Assembly: GCA_003971905.1 (NCBI GenBank)
Contig: RSEE01000068.1
Span: forward strand, 62,001 to 116,481
Length of the DNA stretch: 54,481 nucleotides
Source: Moniliella sp. 'wahieum'
Taxonomy: Eukaryota
Direction of reading: 5' to 3'
This document shows, one piece after another, positions 12,082-24,150 of the stretch. Position numbers and translations under genes: made by a program. Within the stretch, counting starts at the first letter, position 1; each line of letters begins with the position of its first letter. The notes under the pieces are model-generated. The model saw only the letters and a list, made by a program, of their open reading frames with translations. It searched no databases and was not told where the DNA came from.

Positions 12082-13316
12082 GCAGGTGCCGAGCGGGACG
12101 GAGTGGACGGGGACGCAGAAGGGGAACTTGCTCCTCCCCCGCTCTGGTGTAGGTTCGGTTGCGGCTCGGTGTGGGGCTCCGGTTCAGCTGGATCAGAATC
12201 GGGATCGGGATCGGTTAGCTCGTCCGACTTAGCGTCCTCGTCCAACTTTACAGCTTCCACCTGGTGGTCAAGTTGTAGTCTGTCTCTATCCTCCGAGTCA
12301 TGCACGATGCGCTTTGCGTCATCTCGAGGAAACAAATGTCCCTCTCTCTCTCTCTCTTCTTCGCCCACGTCCAAATCATCTATAGCACCACAGCTTTTCT
12401 CCAAGTTCCTCTGCCCTGCCCCGATTTGTCATCATTCCTGGGCCACAATAGGGCGAATACATTGGTCAACTTGACAGCTTTTCCACACTGGTCTTCCTGG
12501 TCGCTTTGTTATCATCTCTCATTTCCCTCCAGGGCCGAGAAGAGGTAGCAATAGACGTGTTGGTACAAAACGCCATATGACGGTGTAGGTATAATCCTCG
12601 ATGGTTATTGTACTGACAGACGGAGAGTAAGGCAGGCCGGGACAGGCAGTGTGAACAGGCACGTGTCTCCTCCCCAACACTCTCAGTGTTCTCTGTATGA
12701 TTTAGGGGGCTGGGTGGTGTGTGCGCTGCGGATGGCCTCTCGGGAGGGGTCGAACACAGCACCGGTAGGGCAAGGCTTCTCTGCGCTCAATCGCTGGCCT
12801 TGTGCGAGCAAATGTGCGATCCAAGAGGGGAGATGGGATGCGATCTATTCCAAGCGGTGGGGGTCATGAATATATCAGTACTCCGTGGGCGGAGCGCAGA
12901 CTGGGCCCGTGCCCGCCAGACGCCCAGCGAGGCCGCCCACCGCACGGTTGTTTCTCGGCACATGTGGAGTGTGCTGGGGTGCCTGGGTGGCGCAGTGCTC
13001 CCACCAAGGAGAACCGAAGAGCGGCTGACGTGCTGCCGTGCCAGCCGTGCGCTTTGGCTTCGCTTGGCCCCTCGTGCTCTCTGCCGAACGATCCCTTAGG
13101 CCGTACCCCCCCCCACCGCCAGCATACTAGCCTGCCCTTCCCCACCGGAAGATGGAAGCTTAAGCACACACACATCCTCTGGCCCCCAGCCCCTCTCTCT
13201 CACCCCCAGCCCATCTCTACATCGCCTATCCGTTTTGCGCATGCGGGATTAGTAGCTGCTGTGCGTCGTGCGCTCTTCTTGCTCCGTCGCTCGCACCCAA
13301 TGCGTAATAAAGTGTC

Positions 13317-13323
13317 TATATAA
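13317..13323 (+). promoter_or_regulatory. TATA box of paralogue B
   Basis: TATATAA ~140 bp upstream of ATG 13463, followed by a pyrimidine-rich leader in GC-rich DNA. Confidence 0.5.
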
Positions 13324-13462
13324 GCCAAAGCACAAGCCTGTTCCCGCCCCCCACCCCTTTCCCGCAGCCCTTTCCCCCCCCTTCTTCCACCGTTGCAAGC
13401 GTGACCACTCGCGTCCTACCACCGCGCACGTCCCATCTACTACCCCTCTCGCCACCATTATC

Positions 13463-15478
13463 ATGTCCTCCTCGCTTTCATCTTCGCTGTCCATCACCGT
13501 GTCCACCGTCGAGTCGACGGTGCAGGAATCGCTGACGTCGCTCGTGACCGCCGCGCTAGCGCGGCTGAATGGCGCGCCGCTGCTGGAGCGCACGCGTGCC
13601 GAGCTGGCGCGGTACATTATCGCTACCCGCCGAAGCGCGCCACGGACTGTTTTGGCACTTCGTCATGGGCAGTGACTGGGTGTACGCGTCTCACGAGAGC
13701 GAATGCGACTGGGGCACGGTTGGAAGGCGTGCTGGAGTACCAAGGCGAACCGATCAAGTTACCCTGTGGCAAACCAAGTGGACCGGCGCGGCGGGCACAG
13801 GGGTGCCGGGTCCACCCAGTTCACCGCCTCGACCCTCCCGGGCCCGATCCAGTCCCGCCTCGTGTCCTGATCCAACAGCTGTACAGCCTGCATGGCGCCC
13901 AGGCCGCTGCTCTCGCCCCCGTCTTTCTCGCCGACAACCTCAATGCCAGTTTCGGTTCGGGCTGGGTCGTCGTCGTCGGCACAGCAGCGGCGTCGTTGCC
14001 GAGCAGCGTGTATGCCACGTTCGTACTTTTTCTTCATTCCGTTTCATTTCTTTGGTGTCTTCCTGCCTTACGCCAACCTTGGCATACACTGACCTCGTTT
14101 GCACCCTATCGACGCTCCCACAGAGATTGGCAAGGACGTGTTCACGCTATGGAAAGCCCCGGGCGGGAGCCAGGAGGAAGAGACTTCGGTGTACCTGACT
14201 GGGACGCGCTTTGTCCGCCACCACCCATCCCTTCTCCTAGCTCCATCCGACCCCTCGCAGTATCGACGTGGTCGTACCCTCGGTCCAGCCGTGCCGCAGC
14301 TGGGTCCCCAGCCGGTGGCTCCGTCTGTTTCTACAACGTCTGTGGAAGTGCAGCAGGTTCCCCAGGTGGTCTCCAGCCTGCTTCAGCCTGCACCTCAGCC
14401 TTCTTCCAGCCCAGTCCGCAGCCTGCCCCGCAGCCATCTTCCACCCGGCTCCCGCTCCGCAGCCGGCGCCTGAGCTCACCACCCAGGTGTCAGATCTCCC
14501 AGCCCGTTCCGCAGCCTGCGCCACGGTCTATCCCGCAGCAGCTTGCGCCGCAATCCAGTTCTCAAACGTTCGTGGGGGTGCCTGCGACGCTGGCCTCCTC
14601 CCGCGGTTCCGACGACGCAGACGCAGCAGTCCGAATGGTCCGAGCTGCACACTTCGATCCAACACTCGCTGGTTGCGCCCGAGGCGTCGGTGGACAAGCT
14701 GCGTTCGTCGATCGTGATTGAGCGTACGACGCTCGCTGCGTCCGAGCAGAGCCAAGTGATCAACCTTGTGATTGCCACCTTGCTCCAGCACATCTCTGCG
14801 GCAAGACCACGTCGCCTGCGGACTTGGCGGTGCTGAAGCAAACGCTTTCGACGCAGCTGGATGGATGGCAAGTGCTTGTCGGCCCTACGGCTCGCACTCC
14901 GTAGCGATGCCAAGAACTTCTGGCGTTCTGTACGTTTTTCCCATACTCTTTTCTGCTTGCTATGCGCCCCCGTATTGACTCTGTGTGGGCAGCCATCGCG
15001 GCTACTACCTCGCGCTTGTCCGCCCCTCGCGGAGCACCATCAAGGTGTCTCTCACGACGACGACCGTGGGCGAGAAGGCTGTGGAGCAGGTGGGCATTGT
15101 GGAGCAGGCGGTGGATGGACAACCGTCGGGCCAAGTCAAGGTGGTTGCCTCGGACTGGAAGACGGCGAACGACCAGGTGTCGCGCGCCTGTACGGCATCA
15201 TTGGCGGCGCGCTCTTGTCGCACAACAGCACCTGCTTGCCCTGGACGAGCTGGCGCACTACCTGGGCCAGCGGCCAGTGCCGCGCTCGGCGCTGGCTGGA
15301 CGCACAGGTCTCGGAGCAGCCGTTTGCCCCGACCATAGCCTCGGTGTTGGGCGCGAGCTATGTTGTGGTCGGCGCAGGTGGGGGGCAAGACGTTGCATGT
15401 GGTGCTGTACATTCGGCGCCCGCCCCATCTGTGAAAGGGCGTGTTTGGGCGGTTGGATCCATGGGTGTCTACACATGA
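13463..15478 (+). CDS. Protein with about four tandem LC8-like domains and a central Gln/Pro/Ser-rich linker (paralogue B); introns ~14023-14123 and 14930-14992; frameshifted
   Basis: 'VQESLTSLVTAAL...ELARYII...EARHGLFWHFVMGSDW...VTLWQT'; 'FLADNLNASFGSGWVVVVG...IGKDVFTLWKA'; 'IERTTLAASEQSQVINLVIATL...LKQTLSTQLDGWQVLVG'; 'VKVVASDW...LDELAHYLGQ.ASAALGAGW'. Confidence 0.6.
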
Positions 15479-15945
15479 GCACCACATTCTACACGGACAC
15501 CTCTTCCCGTCCAGAGCTCTGGGGGCTGGGGCCATTTCCCACCAGCTATAGCGTGTGATATGATCTCTGATTGTTTTGATGCTAGCTGTGCACGAGGAGG
15601 GCGGTAGTGTGACAGGACGGCGTGCTGGGCGGTTGTGGCTGCCTGGGGCGGGGAGCGGAAGAGAGAGGAGGCAGTCGCATGGCCAGCTGAGTGTATCCGT
15701 CTGTATTGGATGTGTATTGGTGTACCAGAGGCTCTGATCTGTCGTGCGCTGCGCTGCTTACGTTGCGTGCAGCTAACCCTATGCTGCACCCGGCGCGGGG
15801 ACGGGATGACATAAGCAGGCAGGGCAGGGCCAGTGCGACGTCGCAGCCACCCGCCCGACCAGCTGAGCCACTCAGCACGCCCCAGGCCTGCTTGTCCCAG
15901 CCGCCTCCATCCCTTGCTTCGTCCAGCCGCCTCCATCCCTCCGCC

Positions 15946-17264
15946 ATGGCCGACGACCGCCCCTTGTCGTCGACAACGGCACCGGCTTCGTCAAGGCTGG
16001 CTATGCCGGCAGCAACTTCCCCGCCCACATCTTCCCCTCCATTGTCGCCGCCCCATCCTGCGGTGTCGAGGAGCGCGACCACGTCGATTCGAGATCAAGG
16101 ACATCATGGTGGGCGACGAGGCCGCCGCCGTGCGCAACTATCTCCAGGTCTCCCAGCCGATGGAGCATGGTGTGGTCAAGGACTTTGCCGACATGCGCCA
16201 TGTGTGGAACTACACCTTTGACGAGAAACTCAAGGTCGACCCCCAGGGCCGCAAGATCCTTCTGACCGAACCCCCGATGAACCCCAAGCGCAACGCGAGG
16301 AGATGTGCCAGATCATGTTTGAAGAGTATGGGTTTGACGGCGTGTATGTGGCGATCCAGGCAGTGCTCACCCTCTATGCCCAGGGGCTGCAGACCGGCGT
16401 CGTCGTCGACTCGGGCGACGGCGTAACCCACGTGGTACCCGTGTACGAAGGGTTGCTCTTCCCCACCTCACTCGCCGTCTGGATGTGGCCGGACGCGATG
16501 TGACACGCTACCTCATCAAGCTGTTGCTGATGATGCGAGGCTATGCCTTTAACCGCACGGCCGACTTTGAGACTGTGCGCGAGATCAAGGAAAAGCTGAG
16601 CTACGTCAGGTGAGTCCCCCCCCCCTCACCTCTATTCTTCTCCTGCACACCCTCCTGACCCTTCTCACCAGTTACGACATTGCCATGGACAAGAAACTGG
16701 CTGAGGAGACGAAACACTGGTGGAGCAATACGAAGTAAGTAATGTGGCCCTTTCCCCTTTCCCCGCTCCCTTCTCTCGTAGCCAGAGCCCTTAATCGCTA
16801 ACGATATATTCTCTCTTCAGTTGCCCGATGGCCGCATTATCAAGGTTGGTTCCGAGCGCTTTGAGGCACCGGAATGCTTGTTCCAGCCCGAGCTGGTCGA
16901 TGTGGAGCAGCCAGGGATGGGAGAGCTGTTGTTTAACACAATCCAAGCTGCTGCTGGACACGCGTGCTGAACTGTACAAGCACATTGTGCTTTCCGGTGG
17001 TTCGTCCATGTACCCTGGTCTGCCCAGCCGTCTGGAAAGAGAGATGAAACAACTCTACCTCACGGCGTCTTGCATGGCGACGCTTCCCGTCTGCCTGGCT
17101 TCAAAATCCGGATCGAGGACCCACCGCGTCGCAAGCACATGGTGTTTCTTGGTGGTGCGGTGCTGGCCGACATTATGAAGAACCGCGAGTCGTTCTGGGT
17201 CAGCCGGCAGGAGTGGTACGAAAAGGGTCCTGCGGCGCTGGACAAGCTAGGCCGTGACGCTTAA
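15946..17264 (+). CDS. ARP2: Actin-related protein 2 (Arp2/3 complex); 2 introns (~16610-16670, ~16735-16820)
   Basis: '[17 protein letters not shown]', '[10 protein letters not shown]', '[14 protein letters not shown]', '[34 protein letters not shown]', '[21 protein letters not shown]', '[19 protein letters not shown]'. Confidence 0.97.
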
Positions 17265-17340
17265 CTAGTCAAATGAATGCATACTTGCTGCTGTCTGCTA
17301 ACGCTAGGAAAAGGGAGAGAGGAGGGCAAGGCAGTCCAAT

Positions 17341-19564
17341 TCATTCAGAGTCGTCTTCCGACGCCTCCTCTGCTTCATCGTCGAGCAAGGCTCGGGCGGC
17401 CTGGCGAGATGGCTGCCTTTTGGCTGGCGTGGCTCTTCCTCCTCCGAGCTTTCATCCTCGACTCTTCCGACATCCACAATAAAGTCGTCCAGGCTACCGG
17501 CTCGTCGGCTTCTTCGTCGGTGTCCTCCTCGGAATCCGATTCTTCCGCGTCGCTGGGCTGGTCTGGCTTTCCTCTGGATCGGAGGAGGACTGCAAGGCAT
17601 TATCTTCCATTGCCTCGCTACCCTCCTCGTCGCCATCCTGTTCGCCTTCTGCTTCGGAATCCTCCTCGGCCGATTCAGGACCCGAGTCGTCAGCCCCAGG
17701 GCAATGTCTTGGGTGTCCCCATCTTCTTCGCTTGGACCACAGGCGCCTCCTCCGTCGCATCCTGAACCAGGTTGGCGCGCATCTCGAGTTGCGCCAGAAT
17801 CAGGTCCAGTCGGCCACGAAGCTCGGTAAGCTTATCCCTCCCTTTGAGGCGCGCTTCCAGCGCGGCATTCAGCTCGGCCAGCCGGTCGACCCAGGCCGGC
17901 AAGGTCATTAGGTAGCGCGTGTGGGTGATGAGTACCAGTCGGACCCACTGGATGAGGCGGGGTGGGTACGCATGGGTCCCGTGATCGGATTCTCGAGTCG
18001 GTCCAAGGCCGCTTGCAATACCTGGACCGCAACGGGGCCGACCAGGCGTTTGACCGCTCCCTTCATAACCGCCGCAGCGAGGTGGGCGTGGACCAAGAGT
18101 TCAGTGACCATAACTCATTCGAAGCCGTTACCCCGCTTCCGTCAAGGCACGCGCCAGCGCCGTCGCATCCATCTTGCCGAGCGAAATGCCATAGGTCACA
18201 GACCCAGTTGCCGAGTCGGAGCCGAGGGAAGCATGCATGTCGAGTCCCTTGAGGCGCGCCTCGAGCGACGGCTCGGCCACTTCCATCTCTACGTCCACTG
18301 GCGAGTCGCGCTGACTTGGGGGCAGCGCCTTTCACCACCACCTCGGTCGGCTGCGTGTCGATGGAGAGGAAAGAGGGGTCGAGTTGCGCCAGCTGAACCA
18401 AAGGAACATAGGGCCGGTCTGGCGAAGCACGAACGACCACCGTCATCATTCCCAGGTTGGCTCCGTTGGATACAACGAGTGTCAGCTCGGTCGTGCAGAA
18501 GAAGAGGCGGAGGGCAGGGCGGCATCCACCACGGTTTGGCCTTCAGGTACTGTCGCTGGACCGTCGTGGTTGTGGGCACGGTGAAGCCCTTGGACTTGCG
18601 TCGCTTTTTGCTCGAGCCAGTCGCGTCGGAATCAAACGTGCTGGGCACGAGAAAGAGATACGTTGTGCCTGTCACATCGACCGGCACGACCCTGGTCGCA
18701 CCGTCGCGTCGGCCCCGTATGCGCCAAGGGCGTAGATGGGGCTGAGGTGACGAGGTGCGCTTCAGGAACGGGGTGACTGCTTGCTTCTTCTGGTACACGA
18801 CCAAATCCGTGCCTCGTTCGACCCGCGGGTGGTAGAGATAAATCGCCTGGGACCGATCCAGGTCAAGTGCGTGAGCGGTTCGCCATGACTCGTGAACGTG
18901 TGGGAAGGGGCGGGGGGAGCGGGGAGCCCGGAGCAGCAAATGAATACAAGTGCACGTCCGTGTCGCCCACAAGGAGCCCCGTTGCGTTAGAGGCGAGTAC
19001 CTTGGGCAACTTGGAGTCTGGCACCTCGATCCGGCCCAACGGAGAGCAGGTCGTTGCCGCCCCGTCCTGAACATCAAACATGCGCACCATCCCGTCCGCA
19101 TACCCAGCGTAGAGATAGTTCCCCTCGGAGGTGATACTGATTACCGACCGTTCCTCCGCAGTCAGGAGATCGTCGACCAGAATTGGGTCACCACAGCCCG
19201 GCTAGGGCTCAAGAGCAGCACACGGCATCGTGCGTGCCAAGCGCCAGGGGGGGAGGGGTGCTGGTCTGTGTGCCGAGGGAGCGCCGTTTGGCGTGCTTGC
19301 CACGGGGGGCGAGAGCCAGGCGAGACAAGTGTGTGCACGTCGGCAAGTTCAAAGTCGGACAGGAGCTTGGCGGGCGTCTGGGCGCACTGGCGGCGTCGGT
19401 GTGTGGCGGGGAGGAGAGGGAGAAGACGCGCAACCGGTCCTTGCCCGCTGGGGGAGCAGGGAGGCGAGCAGGCTCCCATCTGGCGAAAAAGCATGCAGCT
19501 CGGGTCCAGACGAAGCGGACTGGGACGACCGGCGTGCCTTGCGGGCCGCTTTGGATTTGGCCAT
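17341..19564 (-). CDS. UTP5: U3 snoRNA-associated protein Utp5/WDR43-like (WD40-like N-terminus, Utp12 domain, acidic tail)
   Basis: 'MAKSKAARK...HAFSPDGSLLA', 'VRMFDV', C-terminal Utp12-type helices 'AVKRLVGPVAVQVLQAALDRL...LAELNAALEARLKGRDKLTELRGRLDLILAQLEMR', then a D/E-rich tail. Confidence 0.75.
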
Positions 19565-19826
19565 GGCGTGCAGGCTGGGGAAGAGAGGGGAGTTGGACTT
19601 GTAGAGAAAAATAACCCAGTAGTGGTTGAGCGTTGAGGGCATCAGAAAAAAAATGGCGGAACTGCGGCCATTCCGCCTCGGCTGGGCTGTCACCGCGGGC
19701 GCGCCAGGACGGGGGTATCTGGCATGACCTATGAGCTCCCCGCCATTCTCTTTCCTGCCATATTGTCTCGACAATACAATGCCATGGCTGTTGGGCCCTG
19801 AGGATCACTAAGGAACCATGAAAAAC

Positions 19827-20906
19827 TTACTTCCAAGCCAGAGCCTTGCGAGCCATAGCCAGCGCGCCCTCCTGGTTTGTTTCCTCCGATAAAGCCCGAG
19901 GCGTGGACGAAGACGCCGCCAGGAATGCCCGTGACGTCCGACAGCTGGTCATCCCGCACACCGCGCCACGGCTCGGGGAGAGCCTTGGGGAGATGAAGCT
20001 CGACTCGGAGACGGGACCGCTTGAATCCGCCAGCTGCCGCCTCGTCCGGGAAGACAACGTAGAGGATGTTGTTGTCCTCGGTCAACCCCAGCTTCTTCCC
20101 GCCGAAAATGTGCGACTTTCCAGTTGACGTACTCGGTGAGGAGGAGAATGCGCCCATCGGCGTCGGGAACGAGCTCGGTGCGCTTGGCCAGAGCCGCGTC
20201 GACAGTTCCCGAGCAGGTAGCCAGGACTTCATCGTCCACTCGACGCGGTTCCAGAACTGGTCCCAGCCATAGCGCTGGCCTGCTCAAAGCGCTCCATCCG
20301 GCTCGCATCGTTCTTCAGCTCGGGCTCGTTCCAGGAAGGGTTGAGCGTGCCCACGCGCGCGCTCAGATCCGTGCGCGACTGTACCGCGGCTCCCCCATCA
20401 AAACGCCGAGATGCATTGTCAATCCGTCGATGGCCTGCACAAAGTCGTCGTACAGCTTAAGCCACAGTTCCCCACCAACTCCTGTCCAGCTTGGGAAAGT
20501 TGTGGGCGAGGATTTCTGGCCAAAATGCCTGTCCTTGCGTTAGCATCGAAGGGCAATCGGTCGGCGCGCCGGGAGCTGGCGCGCGCACGGGAGGAGTGAA
20601 GGGGAGGGGGGGGGGAGGTACACATACTTCCAAGTCAGACCGGCCGAAGAAAGCTTAATGGCGTGGTTGTCGTCAAAGGTGGTGTTGAACCCGCGCTGGT
20701 GATGGTCGAACCGTTGCTTTTCCGGCTCGTACGTGGCACCTACATCGACCACAATCGTGCCGCGGTCGATGAGTGCCGGGTCACGAGTGCGGGTGAGGGG
20801 GAGCTGACTGAAGCGGCAGACGGCGCAAAAGCGATACGGCCAGCGCCTCGTCAGCGTGAAAGTCGCCCGAGTGGGTCACGATTCCGAGGGGCTCTTGGGC
20901 GGACAT
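19827..20906 (-). CDS. MYG1: MYG1 family (UPF0160) metal-dependent exonuclease; at least one intron
   Basis: 'IVTHSGDFHADEALAV', 'VVDVGATYEPEKQRFDHHQRGF', 'KLSSAGL', 'LPEPWRGVRDDQLS...IPGGVFVHASGFIGGNK', 'GALAMARKAL'. Confidence 0.93.
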
Positions 20907-21369
20907 GTGGTGGGGGCTGGGCCGGTGCGAGGACGCTTGGGAGAAGAAGGAGTGGCCATGGGGTTTAGGCGGACGTTGCGATTTTGCGAAGAAAAAAAAT
21001 GAGGCAGCGAATGGGTGCGGTCGGCCTTTGCTTGAATTTACCAGTGCTGGCCCCAACACCAATTTCTGCGGGGGAGGGTAGGGTTTGCAATTAGTAATAG
21101 ATGAAATTGCAACACAGACACTGCCCCTGTGGATGGCTTTTGTGTGGTGTGTCGACTGGGCGAGGCCATCCTTGGTCCGTCCCCGACGTGCTGAAGGCGG
21201 GGCGAGGCGTCGCGAGCGCAAGCTCGCGTGCGTGCAAGCCAGCGGCGGGCGTCTGGCCGGACGGGGCCGGTCCGTCCCTTTGCGGGTCCTCCGCATCCCA
21301 GCCAGACACTGCCCGCTGTGCTCCGTCCCCTTCGCTCTCCCTGGGCGCCTACCCTGCGCCGTTCTCCTC

Positions 21370-22140
21370 TTCACTCTTCTGCCCAAAGGTACGTCTCCTT
21401 CCCCACGCCCCCGTTCCCGATACTGACTTATGTCTAGCACGCGCTGATCCAAGCAGCGAGCAAGCTGCGGCTCAGTTCCCCCGCTTCTGCTACCACGAGC
21501 GCCTCAACGTGGCCGGTAATTGCTGCATGTGTCTGATAGAGAGCAATGGAGGAGGCGCTGGCGGGCTCACCTGGATTTGCGCAACTGTTCCAGGCCGCCC
21601 AGAGGGCCATGATCGTGGTGGGCAGTGCAGTACTGGAAAATGCGGATGGCAAGCACATTCTTAGCGGTATTGCCTAGCACATCAAGGATCGCTTTGCCCA
21701 ATTTTTCATGCCTGAATGGACGGACTGAGCATCCTGCAACGCACGGCCTCCCGCAACGACGCGCGAGCCCTCGGCCGTGCTCCTTCCGAGGCAGCAAAGA
21801 AGACGGAGCCCAAGTTCATGTACCTGCTCAACGCGACCGACTTTGGCCCTGCCTCGATTCCCGAGGAGGCGTTTGCAGTGTACCAAGGACATCACGGCGA
21901 CATGGGGTCGCAGTATGCGGATGTGGCCCTGCCCGGTGCTGCTACACGGAGAAGAACTGATTGCGGGCGGCAACTTGGCGGAGGGAATGGGTGTGCCATT
22001 GATCAACCCGATCAAGAACTTTTACCAGACCGGCCATCAGTCGTGCATCGCCGACGATGGTCAAGTCTGTCAAGGCTTTCGGAACAGCTGCCGCGGGAAC
22101 CGATCGAGGAGCCGCTGCCGCCGCACGCCCACCTTGTGTG
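21370..22140 (+). pseudogene. NDUFS1: Internally deleted relic of NADH:ubiquinone oxidoreductase 75-kDa subunit (NDUFS1/NuoG)
   Basis: '[21 protein letters not shown]' (N-terminal 2Fe-2S motif) joins directly to C-terminal 'MIVVGSAV', 'SILQRTASR', 'KFMYLLNA.DF...VYQGHHGDMGSQYADVALPGA.YTEK', then 'PIKNFYQT..ISRASPTM'. In-frame TAG at 21675-21677. Only ~0.75 kb, versus ~2.2 kb for a full gene. Confidence 0.8.
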
Positions 22141-22560
22141 AAGCGCACGGAGGGCACCTGTGCGGTCCGCCGCAGGGGAGCTCTTGCTATAGTATTCTGC
22201 ATTGCATCGCGTTGGGCTTGCTTGGCTTGTCCTGGTTTGAAGGGTCAGCGGGCGTTGAGGCCGTCAAGCGCGCGCGTCAAGGCCGTCGGGGCGGAGAGGG
22301 GAAGACAAGGACCGAGGCGAGCGCGTAGATGATTTCGATGATTATAGCACCCGCCGAAGCAAGCGGGCGGTGGAAACTGCTGATAGCACGTGCGATTTGG
22401 ATTGATGTCCGTCGCGGCACTAGGCCAGTCTCTGGCCTCCCCGTTGCCTATTTAGTCCATGGGCCAGAATGAGCTTGCGTGAAGCTTGAAGCTTGACTCG
22501 ACGGGCGGACAATTTCTGCCGTTTGCCTCCCACCCCTTCCCCTTCCCTCCCCCCACCAGC

Positions 22561-24150
22561 ATGTCCGCCGAGCAGCCGTGGAACCTGTACGAGGGCCACC
22601 GGGTGCCCGCTGACCTGCTCCCGCGCCCCATCCCCGGCCCCACCTCTCAATCCAGCATCCTGGCCAGCGGCCAGTCCTACCTCCTCTTCCCGCGCTTCCG
22701 CCTCGACAGCGGCACGGTTTTGACCAATGCCGTCGTGGCGTACAAGACGTGGGGCGAACTCGACCCGATCAGCAAGGGAAACGCGCTGGTTGTCACGCAT
22801 GCCCTGACAGGCAGTGCCGACGTGGAGGACTGGTGGGGACCGCTTTTGGGCCCCGGCAAGGTCTTTGACCCGACTCGCTACTTCATTGTCTGTGCCAACG
22901 TTCTTGGCTCCCCCTATGGCTCGTCGGCGCCCACTACCCACAAGGGGGGCGAGCTGACTGACCGTGCCTCGCCCACTGCGAAAGATGGGTCGGAGTGGTG
23001 GGGGCCTGACTTCCCGGAAACTGTGGTGCGTGACGATGTGCGTCTGCAGAAGGCGCTGTTGGACTACCTTGGTGTCCACCACGTGGCCGCCGTGATTGGG
23101 GGTTCGATGGGTGGCATGGCCGTGCTGGAGTGGCCCCTGTGCTTCCCTGTGCGCTACTTTGTGCCGGTCGAATGAGCAAGAGCGGTACATTGATGCCATT
23201 GTGCCGATCGCCACAGCTGCCTCGCATTCGCATGGGGAATTAGCTGGGCCGAGACCCAGCGGCAAGCCATCGCATCGGACCCAGCCTACCACGACGGATA
23301 CTACGATCCTGCGACCCTCCGCGGTCTGGACTAGCGGCGGCTCGTATGGCCGCCCTGCTTACCTACCGCAGTCGCGAGAGCTTCGAATCTCGCTTTGGTC
23401 GGCGTACGGGCAACAAAAAGGCGCCGCCCGTCGCCGCCCAAGGAGGCTCCCAAGGAGGATGGGAAACTCCGGACGGGCGAAATGGCCAACGAGCCCCCGC
23501 CCAAGAACGTGTTTAGTGCACAGTCGTATCTGCGCTACCAGGGTGACAAGTTTGTCAAACGGTTTGACGCCAACTGCTACATGCACCTCAGCCAGAAGAT
23601 GGACTCGCATGATGTGGCCCGCGGCCGTCGTACGTGGGGCTCGGCTGGCGGACAGGAGCACGAGTGGGCCGGTTTCTCGATTTCTGGTGGCGAACTGGCC
23701 TCGGTGGGGTCTGCGCATGCGGACAATGTTCCGTTTGGCTCGGACGACGAGCACGCAGCCACGGTCCAGTCCGTTTTGGGAGTCCTCTCGACCGGCAGCA
23801 CGCGTTTTGGGGCGCTGTCGCCTGCTGTGCACATTGTCTCGATCGAATCGGATGGTCTGTTTGCTCCGCCTGAGCAAACCTTTCTGGCCAACAGCATCAA
23901 GGGAAGCGCATTTGACTCGGTCCGCAGTTCGGATGGGCACGACGGCTTCCTGCTCGAGTTTGAGCAGATGGACGAGTTTATCCAACGCTTCCTTCATGCC
24001 CACCTTGCGTCGATTTACGCCACACCTCAGGGCGCAGGCTGGACCAAGTGGCATGATTGGCCCCAAACTGCTGAGGCGGGTCCGAACCACAAGGTCAAGG
24101 AGTCGACCTTGGCGAGGTGGAAGACCCGACCCGCTGGTAACTTTGATTAA
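22561..24150 (+). CDS. MET2: Homoserine O-acetyltransferase (alpha/beta hydrolase); frameshifted
   Basis: 'VAYKTWGEL', 'HALTGSADVEDWWGPLLG', 'ANVLGSPYGS', 'IGGSMGGMAVLEW' (catalytic Ser), 'FSAQSYLRYQGDKFVKRFDANCY', 'SSDGHDGFLLE'. Confidence 0.95.

Noticed and set aside
23149..23180. Possible 32-nt mini-intron in MET2 (GTGCGC...AAG)
   Set aside because: No branch point visible. One missing A restores the frame (VENEQERYID), consistent with the indel pattern.
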